A DNA stretch of 64,000 bases from a virus (taxonomy: Duplodnaviria; Caudoviricetes). Below, piece by piece: positions 56,383-64,000 of this stretch. The translations under genes were made by a program, and so were the position numbers. The stretch spans positions 1 to 64,000 of the IMG/VR virus record IMGVR_UViG_3300005662_000021; one strand, given 5' to 3'. The notes beneath the pieces are model-generated. The model searched no databases, had not been told where the DNA came from, and was given only the letters and a program-made list of their open reading frames with translations. The first letter of the stretch is position 1. The number at the start of each line of letters is the position of its first letter.

Positions 56383-57034
56383 AAATGATATTAACAGAAC
56401 AACAAGAAAAATTTTTTGAGTTTGTCAAAGAACAACATGGCACTCAAGTGAGAAAATATACGGGTGAACCTTATTGGACTCATCCATTGGCTGTCGCAGA
56501 ATTAGTAAATAAATATAAATCAGATTCTTTTAGTAATGGTGAAGTATTTGCTATAGAAATATCGTTAGGTCATGATTTATTGGAAGATACTCCTTGTACT
56601 GTTGAAACTTTAAGAAAAAAATTAAGTGAGATTGGTTATCCCTATTTAAGTACTGAGATGATTGTTTCAGGTATTGGTCATTTAACCGACACCTATACTA
56701 AAGAAGCATATCCTAAACTCAATAGAGCCAAAAGAAAAGCTATGGAAGTTGAAAGGCTTGGTAGAATCCCTGCTTATTGTCAAACAATTAAATATGCTGA
56801 CTTGATTGAGAACATTTCATCTATTGTTGAGTATGATAAATCTTTCGCTGTTACTTATCTTCAAGAGAAAAAAGAGTTACTTAAGAATATGAGGGGTGGA
56901 AATTTTAATCTTTACTTGAAAGCAATAGAAGTTTATTTGGAAGCTTTAAAAACTCTTGAGGGGTAAAAGGATTTTGATAAAATTCCTTATTGCCCAAAGT
57001 AAAACCTTTCACCATCCAACATAAATAAAAATGA
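56350..57034 (+). repeat. 39-bp direct repeat flanking the HD gene (56350-56388 and 56996-57034)
   Basis: AAAGTA(G/A)AACCTTTCACCAT(T/C)CAACATAAATAAAAATGA. Confidence 0.9.
56385..56966 (+). CDS. HD-domain phosphohydrolase (SpoT/Mesh1-like)
   Basis: HGTQVRKYTGEPYWTHP, HDLLEDT, IKYADLIEN. Confidence 0.85.
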   Translation: MILTEQQEKFFEFVKEQHGTQVRKYTGEPYWTHPLAVAELVNKYKSDSFSNGEVFAIEISLGHDLLEDTPCTVETLRKKLSEIGYPYLSTEMIVSGIGHLTDTYTKEAYPKLNRAKRKAMEVERLGRIPAYCQTIKYADLIENISSIVEYDKSFAVTYLQEKKELLKNMRGGNFNLYLKAIEVYLEALKTLEG

Positions 57035-57105
57035 ATATTTTCTAATAAACATATAGTTAATTTGAGAATAGAAACCATTTTTCTTATATTTATATATAAA
57101 GATAT

Positions 57106-58074
57106 ATGGAAAATTGTAAAATTTGTTTCAAAGAATTTAAAAACTTAAAGGCACTTTCATCACATTTTAATTCTAAACATAAATTGAGTTCTAATGAATA
57201 TTATGATGTTTTTCTGTTAAAAGAGGGTGAAGGTAAATGTAAAATTTGTGGAAACCCAACTTCATTTAGAAATCTAAATAAAGGTTATTTAGATAATTGT
57301 TCAATTGAATGTAGAGATAAAAATGAATCATTTAATAAAGGTTATTGGAAAGGTAAGAAACAAACTGAGGATACAATTAAAAAAAGAATCAAAAATACTA
57401 ACCAAGTTTTAAAAGAACAAAAAAGAAAAGAAACAACATTAAAAAAATTTAATGTAGATAACCCCTCAAAAAACTCAGAGATTTCTAATAAAATTAGTTT
57501 AGCTTTAAAAGGAAGGAAGATTAAAAGAACAAATGAATGGCAAAAAAATATAATAACTGCTAAGAAAAAAAATGGCACAATCAAACATTCACAAGAAACC
57601 AAAGAAAAGATTACAAATTCTTTAAACATTTTTCACCAAAAAAATATTGATAGGGAAAAGTATATTACTAATTCATCAAACACCAAACATTTGACTGGTT
57701 GGTATAAAAAATTACATTTTAGAAGTTCTTTAGAACTTTCTTTTTTAATTAATAATCAAAATGTTAATTTTGAGAGTTGTGAGAATAAGTTATATGGTAT
57801 TGTTTATATAATAGATGGTAAATCAAAAATATACTATCCAGATTTTACTGATGGTCAATTTATATATGAAATTAAACCTTATAGTTTGTTAAACTATAAA
57901 AATAACAATCTAAAAATTAAGTTAGGGTATGAAAAATATAGTAATAATTTTAAATTGATAACTGAAAAAGAATCTCCATATGTATCAAAAAAAATAATAG
58001 AGGAATTAATTAAACTAGGGGTTATTATTTTAAGTAAATCAAGTGAAAATAAATTTAAAAAATACAAATATTAG
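57106..58074 (+). mobile_element. free-standing putative homing endonuclease
   Basis: zinc finger, NUMOD3-like repeats, FRSSLE...YYPDF...YEIKP (PD-(D/E)xK, TnsA-like). Confidence 0.7.
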
Positions 58075-58095
58075 TTAACCAATTAAAGTTATTTT

Positions 58096-58587
58096 ATGAA
58101 CATTTTTTTCTTGGACTACGATGTTGTTAAATGTGCAAAGTATCATTGTGATAAACATTGTATCAAACAATTATTGGAATCAGCACAATTATTATGTGGT
58201 GCCCACCACGTAACAAATTCCAAATTGGATATCCCTTATAAATTATCCCACAAAAATCACCCTTGTTCAATATGGGTTAGAGAATCATTATCTAACTATT
58301 TATACCTATGTGAACTTGGATTGGAATTGTGTAAGGAGTATACTTATAGATATGGAAAACGTCATAAGTCCCAGGATGTTATTGAGTGGTGTGTAACAAA
58401 TTTTGTCAATATTTGTGACAAAGGTTTCACTGAACCACCCAAAGCAATGCCTGATGAATATAAGGTTAAAGACGTTATTCAATCTTATAGGAACTATTAC
58501 ATTGGGGCAAAAAAAGATTTTGTTTCTTGGAAGAATCGTGATGTTCCCTATTGGTTTTGTGAAGAAAATCACTTAGAATTAGCATAA
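58096..58587 (+). CDS. pyrimidine dimer DNA glycosylase-family protein
   Basis: MNIFFLD...HCDKHCIKQLLESAQLL...HKNHPCSIWVR...QSYRNYY. Confidence 0.75.
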   Translation: MNIFFLDYDVVKCAKYHCDKHCIKQLLESAQLLCGAHHVTNSKLDIPYKLSHKNHPCSIWVRESLSNYLYLCELGLELCKEYTYRYGKRHKSQDVIEWCVTNFVNICDKGFTEPPKAMPDEYKVKDVIQSYRNYYIGAKKDFVSWKNRDVPYWFCEENHLELA

Positions 58588-58683
58588 AAATAAAACTATG
58601 AATATATTCAATAAAATAATGACAGGATTTTGGTTTATACTATTTCTTCTATTTTTATTTACAATTAGAAAAAGGAGGAAGGC

Positions 58684-58923
58684 ATGAAAGAAAAATTAAC
58701 AAAGTTTCAAACAAAGGTTTGGCAAACAATTGAACCCATAATTAAAAAAGAATCTTATCAAGTTAATTTGACATTTGATGACGAATTTGTAATAACAAGA
58801 GATTCTAAATTTACAATTAAAATTTTTCCCAAAAAAGAAGTTTCAATAACAAAAGACAATACAATAATTTTTGAGGAAAAAGATATTACTGAATTTGTAA
58901 AATTTTTGGAAGAAATTAATTAA
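58684..58923 (+). CDS. hypothetical protein
   Basis: 79 aa ORF. Confidence 0.55.
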   Translation: MKEKLTKFQTKVWQTIEPIIKKESYQVNLTFDDEFVITRDSKFTIKIFPKKEVSITKDNTIIFEEKDITEFVKFLEEIN

Positions 58924-58997
58924 AAAAAGTCCCCATTTAATTTTGATATTAGGTGGGGATTTCTTAATTTTGTGAAACAATTAAAACGAATAAAACA

Positions 58998-59486
58998 ATG
59001 GGAACAAACTACTACAGAATTCCAAGTGTGGAAGAAATGGAAAAAAGAAAACAAGAATTGATTGATACCATTAATTCTTTAGATATTCATCCATTTTCAA
59101 TTCAAAGAAACTTTAGAACAATTAAAAAACAAATTGATTCTATTGATTATTACTCAATTTGGGATTTGTTTGTTGAAGGTGCAAACATTCACTTAGGTAA
59201 ACGTAGTAGTGGATGGAAGTTTTTATGGAATTTCAATGACAAAAAATTTTATTCAAATAAAGAAGAATTATTGAACTTTATAAGAACAGGTAGGGTTGTA
59301 GATGAGTATGGTAATGAAATGGATGTTGAAGAGTTTATCACAATGGCACTAGTATGGGGACAACCTGATGGTTATGACCATAAAAAATATCGTAGAGAAC
59401 ATCCACGACAATACCACTACGATTTTGAACAACCTGAAGAATATATAGATGGATTAAGAGTTTCACCAAATACTGAATTTAGTTAA
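58998..59486 (+). CDS. conserved phage hypothetical protein
   Basis: MGTNYY...IHLGKRSSGWKFLW. Confidence 0.7.
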   Translation: MGTNYYRIPSVEEMEKRKQELIDTINSLDIHPFSIQRNFRTIKKQIDSIDYYSIWDLFVEGANIHLGKRSSGWKFLWNFNDKKFYSNKEELLNFIRTGRVVDEYGNEMDVEEFITMALVWGQPDGYDHKKYRREHPRQYHYDFEQPEEYIDGLRVSPNTEFS

Positions 59487-59487
59487 T

Positions 59488-60498
59488 ATGGAAAGAAAAT
59501 TAGCGAGCATACAAATAGTAAAAGAAGTTAGACCAATAGTTGGGGCTGACGCTATAGAAGTTGTTAGAATAAACAATTGGGATGTTGTATCCAAAAAAGG
59601 AGAATACAAAGTTGGAGACTTTTGTATCTATTGTGAGATTGACTCCTTCTTACCCATTAAAGAAGAATTTGAATTCTTAAGAAAAACATCATACAAAAAA
59701 ATGTCTGATGGTAGTGAAGGATTTAGATTGAAAACAATAAGATTAAGAGGACAATTAAGTCAAGGTCTATTGTTACCAATAAGTGTTCTTCCAATTGATA
59801 TGGAACTAACTGAAGGAGAAGATGTTACTGAAATGTTGGGTATATTTAAATACGAACCCCCAATTCCAGCGGAACTTCAAGGTAAAGTTAAAGGTATGTT
59901 TCCATCTTTTATAAGAAAAACAGATGAAGAACGTATCCAAAACTTATCAAGTGAATACGAAAATATCAGATTGTCTGGTAAGGCATTTTATGTCACTGAG
60001 AAGTTGGATGGTTCAAGTGCTACATTCTACTACAAGGATGGTGTATTTGGGGTGTGTGCAAGAAATCTTGAGCTATTGGAGACTGAGGGTAATTCCTTTT
60101 GGAAAGTTGCAAGAGAATTGAATTTGGAGGAATCTTTATCTAAATTGGGTTATAATGTATGTGTTCAAGGTGAAATCATCGGAGAAGGAATCCAAGGTAA
60201 CCCATACAAGATAAAAGGTCAAACTGTTAAATTCTTCAACGCATTTAATATTGATGAACAAAAAAATATCCAATTTACTAAATTCCTAATGTTAATGGAA
60301 GATTTGGGTTTAAAAACAGTTCCAATATTGGATTACGAATTTGTACTTCCAAAATCAATTGATGAATTATTGTTATTTGCTGAAGATAAATCTCAACTTA
60401 ATGGGAACTTTGATAGGGAGGGTGTTGTTATAAGAGCATATGATAGAACAATATCATTCAAAGTTATATCAAACAAATTTTTGTTAAACGAAAAATAA
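59488..60498 (+). CDS. ATP-dependent RNA ligase (DRB0094/Rnl2-like)
   Basis: N-terminal OB-like module; TEKLDGSS (motif I), QGEIIG, FFNAF, REGVV, SFKVISNKFLL. Confidence 0.9.
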   Translation: MERKLASIQIVKEVRPIVGADAIEVVRINNWDVVSKKGEYKVGDFCIYCEIDSFLPIKEEFEFLRKTSYKKMSDGSEGFRLKTIRLRGQLSQGLLLPISVLPIDMELTEGEDVTEMLGIFKYEPPIPAELQGKVKGMFPSFIRKTDEERIQNLSSEYENIRLSGKAFYVTEKLDGSSATFYYKDGVFGVCARNLELLETEGNSFWKVARELNLEESLSKLGYNVCVQGEIIGEGIQGNPYKIKGQTVKFFNAFNIDEQKNIQFTKFLMLMEDLGLKTVPILDYEFVLPKSIDELLLFAEDKSQLNGNFDREGVVIRAYDRTISFKVISNKFLLNEK

Positions 60499-60506
60499 AT
60501 AAAACT

Positions 60507-60785
60507 ATGGCTAAGAGACTTTCATATCAAGAAAAAAAAGAAAAAATGCTTGTTGACATCTTGAATAAGATGTTTGAAATTGCTGGCCACGATGTTACTT
60601 TTGAGGATATAAAAGACCGTAAAGATGCGTGGTATAATGATTGGACAATGACTGAAGAACAATACGAAGAATGGAAAAAATGGGGGGCAAACCAAATCAA
60701 AAAAGTAATGAAGTATACTGATACTTATGCCGACAGACAAATGTCAATGATTGGTGCAAATTGGGGTCTTAAATTTAATAAATAA
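60507..60785 (+). CDS. hypothetical protein
   Basis: 92 aa ORF. Confidence 0.6.
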   Translation: MAKRLSYQEKKEKMLVDILNKMFEIAGHDVTFEDIKDRKDAWYNDWTMTEEQYEEWKKWGANQIKKVMKYTDTYADRQMSMIGANWGLKFNK

Positions 60786-60811
60786 GATATTTATAGTAAA
60801 GAAACTATTTA

Positions 60812-61225
60812 ATGGAACGAGATATAATAACCTATCAAAGTATTTTTTTGGATGATGTTATTATTACCGTGTTATTTAAAGAAAATGAAAACTATGAGTT
60901 ATTTACCAATTTTTTCGACCAATATGGTTTTGGATTTTATTATCCTAAAACAAAAACCATAATCATTGATGGTGAAATTTTTGTAAATACTGATTTAGAT
61001 TTTGATGATTTAAGATTTGTTGAAGCACACGAAATTGCTCATCTTATGTTAGGTCATATAGGTGGTGAGAGATATGATGAAGATGAAATTGATGCCGACC
61101 TCGCAGCTTATAAACTTCTTACAAATAAAGGATTATCAACTAAAAGGTTAACTGATTCTTTTGAAGATAGACACGGAATTAAATTCTCAAAGAAATTATT
61201 GAAAAGGTTAGAAGGAAGATTATAA
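60812..61225 (+). CDS. HExxH metallopeptidase-like protein
   Basis: EAHEIAHLMLGH...EIDAD. Confidence 0.55.
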   Translation: MERDIITYQSIFLDDVIITVLFKENENYELFTNFFDQYGFGFYYPKTKTIIIDGEIFVNTDLDFDDLRFVEAHEIAHLMLGHIGGERYDEDEIDADLAAYKLLTNKGLSTKRLTDSFEDRHGIKFSKKLLKRLEGRL

Positions 61226-61322
61226 CAAAGTACAACTCAGGTTGTACTTTTTTTGTTTGAGTCATATTTATCTGATATAATAAAATTATATTCAGACTTT
61301 TTGTTTTAAACTCTATCAAAAT

Positions 61323-62132
61323 ATGTTAACTATAAATAATTATCCCGATAAAAATGTTCTTCTTGGAGAAGTTCCTGGTAATATTGATGTTAATTTTGAT
61401 AAAGCTCTTGAATCATTAATTAATTATTGGATTTCAAATAAACAATATAGTATTTCAATTAATAAAGTCCCAAATAATCCTAATGCTGTAACATTTGTAA
61501 CAAATACTTGGACAAAAAAGGAAGATGGTAGTTGGCAGGCGGGTGACAATCAAGATTCAACATTTAAACAATGGGTTGAGGGTTCATATAATAAAAATGA
61601 ACAAGTAAGTAAAAATGGAACATTTTCAGTTGATTTAACAAAAAAACAAATAATATTTACTCCCCCTACAACAACTACAACTGAAATAAATTGGAATAAT
61701 TATCCTTGTGTAACTAGTAACCAAACTAAAAAAGAAATAAAAGCGAATGATGGTAGTATAAGTTATGAAATCAGTGGGTTTACATATTTTGGTAATGGTA
61801 CTAAAAAAGATAAAAGTGGTGTCACATCTAAATATGAATGTACCGATAACAAAACAATATCTACAGGAACAACAAATTCTTTTAGTATTGGTTCTTCATC
61901 GTCTTCATCTTCTTCTTCATCAACTGGTTCAAACACAAGTGGTACACATCAAGAAGGTTTATCATATTGGGAAGGAGAACTTGAAAAAAAGGGTCCAGTA
62001 ACTATAAAAACAGCGGTAAATCAAATTGGTAATTTAAATAAAGATGATAAAACAAAAGTTACTGAAAATACAATTACACATAAAATACTTAATGAACAAA
62101 TTTTAAGAATAAAAAAACTAATGAATTTATGA
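61323..62132 (+). CDS. probable virion protein
   Basis: Ser-rich linker; C-terminal NEQILRIKKLMNL. Confidence 0.65.
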   Translation: MLTINNYPDKNVLLGEVPGNIDVNFDKALESLINYWISNKQYSISINKVPNNPNAVTFVTNTWTKKEDGSWQAGDNQDSTFKQWVEGSYNKNEQVSKNGTFSVDLTKKQIIFTPPTTTTTEINWNNYPCVTSNQTKKEIKANDGSISYEISGFTYFGNGTKKDKSGVTSKYECTDNKTISTGTTNSFSIGSSSSSSSSSSTGSNTSGTHQEGLSYWEGELEKKGPVTIKTAVNQIGNLNKDDKTKVTENTITHKILNEQILRIKKLMNL

Positions 62133-62800
62133 CATTTATTAAACCAATTAAATATGGTCATTTGACAAATGAAACGTCAAAAAAACATATATACACCCCC
62201 GATAATGTTGATTCCGTTTTAGCACCATATGAAGGGGTTATTACAGATGTTAATTATTCAAAATGCGATGGGTTGATTCAAATTTCACATTTATTAAATG
62301 GTAAAGTATTTTATTCTGAAATATGTGGAGTGAATAAAAATATTTATGTTGGAAGTGGCATGAGTGTAAAGAAAGGAGATATAATAGGACAATGTGGGGG
62401 TAAAGATATTAAATTTGTTATTAAAGATTCAAATAAGAATGAAATTGACTTACAACCTTTTTTTGTTGGTAAATTTGAACCTGATAAAAAGGATTTAGAT
62501 AAAAAAGATTCGGATAAAGAAAAAAAAGAAAAAGGTTTAGGTAAACCATCGTCAGATAATGAAAAAAACAAAGAAAATAAAAAATACCAAAAAAATAAAG
62601 AAGACGATGAGGATGAAAACAAACCTTGGGATTTTACAAATTATGAACCAGGTATGACGTTACCAAATTTGTTTACAGCCGCAGCATTAACCCCATTTGA
62701 TTTTATTGAAAAAGCTTTGAAACCAAAAAGAAAGGAAAAAAAAGAAGAAATTGAAAATTTACAAGAAGAACTAAAAAGAATAAAAAAACTATTAAAATAA
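62129..62800 (+). CDS. degenerate M23-like domain protein
   Basis: VLAPYEGVI...VKKGDIIG; C-terminal EELKRIKKLLK. Confidence 0.5.
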   Translation: MTFIKPIKYGHLTNETSKKHIYTPDNVDSVLAPYEGVITDVNYSKCDGLIQISHLLNGKVFYSEICGVNKNIYVGSGMSVKKGDIIGQCGGKDIKFVIKDSNKNEIDLQPFFVGKFEPDKKDLDKKDSDKEKKEKGLGKPSSDNEKNKENKKYQKNKEDDEDENKPWDFTNYEPGMTLPNLFTAAALTPFDFIEKALKPKRKEKKEEIENLQEELKRIKKLLK

Positions 62801-62831
62801 AAAATCCCCATCTTAAAAAGTGGGGATTTTT
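62801..62831. terminator. bidirectional terminator
   Basis: AAAATCCCCA...TGGGGATTTT. Confidence 0.8.
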
Positions 62832-62852
62832 ACTTTTAGTTAGAAATTAAAA

Positions 62853-63017
62853 CTATTTCTCAACTTTAGCTGTGTCAACAGAAGGAGTTGTAACTGTAGT
62901 AGCTTCAACTTTAGTTGAATCTTCAGTTGTTTTAGTTTCTTCAGTTTTTGCAGTTGTTCCACAAGATGTGAAAACTAAGCTCAAAGTTACAATTGCTCCA
63001 AAAAGTACGTTTTTCAT
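62853..63017 (-). CDS. 54-aa lipoprotein missing from the ORF track
   Basis: MKNVLFGAIVTLSLVFTSCGTTAKTEE..., lipobox FTSC, Thr/Glu-rich. Confidence 0.7.
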   Translation of the reverse strand: MKNVLFGAIVTLSLVFTSCGTTAKTEETKTTEDSTKVEATTVTTPSVDTAKVEK

Positions 63018-63151
63018 TTTTTTAAGTTTTTTTTAAGATTTAATTTTGTTTTAGTTATTGAACACTTAATAAATACACAATATGTTTTAATAAGTCAAAT
63101 GTATTTAAAAAATTTTATTAAAAATTATACTTATAAAAAAAACTAAATAAT

Positions 63152-63508
63152 ATGAACTGGAAACACACATTAATTATTGTGGTGTCTATTTTACTGATTG
63201 GAATGTTTTTGGGTTATTTGATAAGTTATAACGCAAAAGAGACAAGAAGTCTCCAACAACAAATTATAGATGCTGAAAGAAAAGCAATTGATTCCTTACA
63301 CAAGGAATTGGTAACAATGAAATCTGAGAGAGAAAAAATGGAATCTCAACTTGAATCACTAACTATGGGTATTAGTATTAGTGAATCAAACTTATCAACA
63401 AAAATAAACCAACTAAAAATTCAGAACAATGTTAAGATTGATGCTATTACTAGCAGTACTAATGACCAACTCCTTGATGGTTTACGCGCAAGATACAATA
63501 AAAAATAA
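63152..63508 (+). CDS. TM-anchored coiled-coil protein (spanin-like, tentative)
   Basis: N-terminal TM then coiled coil. Confidence 0.5.
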   Translation: MNWKHTLIIVVSILLIGMFLGYLISYNAKETRSLQQQIIDAERKAIDSLHKELVTMKSEREKMESQLESLTMGISISESNLSTKINQLKIQNNVKIDAITSSTNDQLLDGLRARYNKK

Positions 63509-63923
63509 TAAAGATTCTATTGAACCCAAAATCGATTTAATGGTCATCAACGGTGACACATTGTTTACAATGAATAGAAAGTTTGCTGAAAGAATTGCAA
63601 TCGAACACGATTCATTAGAAATAATGGTAGACAAATTTAAAGAATGTAATGATGTGCTTTCAGCTAGTTTGGAACTTAAAGACCAATATAAAGTAGCTTT
63701 GGATAAATCAGAACAAGTTTCTGATATGTTAAGAAAGGAAGGTGATAAAAAAGATAAAATCATCAAGGGATATCAAACAATAGATGAGTCACAACAAAAG
63801 ATTATTGGCGAATTACATAATGAATTCAAAAAAGCAAGAAATAGGAATAAATGGTTAACTGGATTAACCATAGGAGGTGTTTCAGTGGGGTTTACTTCAA
63901 TTATCCTTTTACTACTAAAATAA
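63429..63923 (+). CDS. coiled-coil protein with C-terminal TM
   Basis: overlaps previous gene; C-terminal hydrophobic helix. Confidence 0.5.
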   Translation: MLRLMLLLAVLMTNSLMVYAQDTIKNNKDSIEPKIDLMVINGDTLFTMNRKFAERIAIEHDSLEIMVDKFKECNDVLSASLELKDQYKVALDKSEQVSDMLRKEGDKKDKIIKGYQTIDESQQKIIGELHNEFKKARNRNKWLTGLTIGGVSVGFTSIILLLLK

Positions 63924-64000
63924 GTTTATTATATTTTTTAGGTCTTCGGACATAAAAAATTAAATAATTTATTATTATGGGAATTACTTATTTTGCTTTA

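Noticed and set aside
1-64000. Stop-codon reassignment (alternative genetic code)
   Set aside because: Long genes such as dnaK, the kinase and the ligase are intact in code 11, TAG and TGA end several genes, and no CUA or UCA suppressor tRNA was found
1-64000. CRISPR array
   Set aside because: No regularly spaced 25-45 bp repeats with unique spacers; the shell and CAGCAA repeats are dispersed structured RNAs

Overview
AT-rich, gene-dense 64 kb segment that reads as part of a large (jumbo) tailed phage in the standard genetic code. The host is probably Bacteroidota, based on repeated TTTG-N19/20-TAnnTTTG promoters, a T9SS-tailed protein and lipoproteins. From 1 to 35 kb lies a mixed-strand block of probable virion/late genes. 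Many share an N-terminal leader (MK[KR]II.LTE.[DE]L or MKIII[ST]E.Q) and an upstream ATATTTAT(A) motif. This block also holds several cell-wall hydrolases and auxiliary genes (DnaK, FKBP PPIase, AsnA-like synthetase, GMP reductase/IMPDH, a GAF-PAS histidine kinase with response regulator). From 35.6 to 60.8 kb lies a plus-strand RNA/translation island. It contains a TROVE/vWA-like (DUF2828-type) gene followed by a repeated CAGCAA stem RNA, and 22 canonical tRNAs covering 19 amino acids. Ile, the missing amino acid, is represented only by two D-arm-less tRNA-like RNAs with Ile anticodons. The island also has six tRNA-Leu 'shells' whose anticodon/variable arms are replaced by unrelated inserts, many other structured intergenic RNAs, two leader-peptide/terminator units, free-standing endonuclease genes, a cyclic-phosphate receiver domain, a SpoT/Mesh1-like HD protein and an RNA ligase. 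All calls come from reading motifs and base-pairing by eye; no database searches were run.
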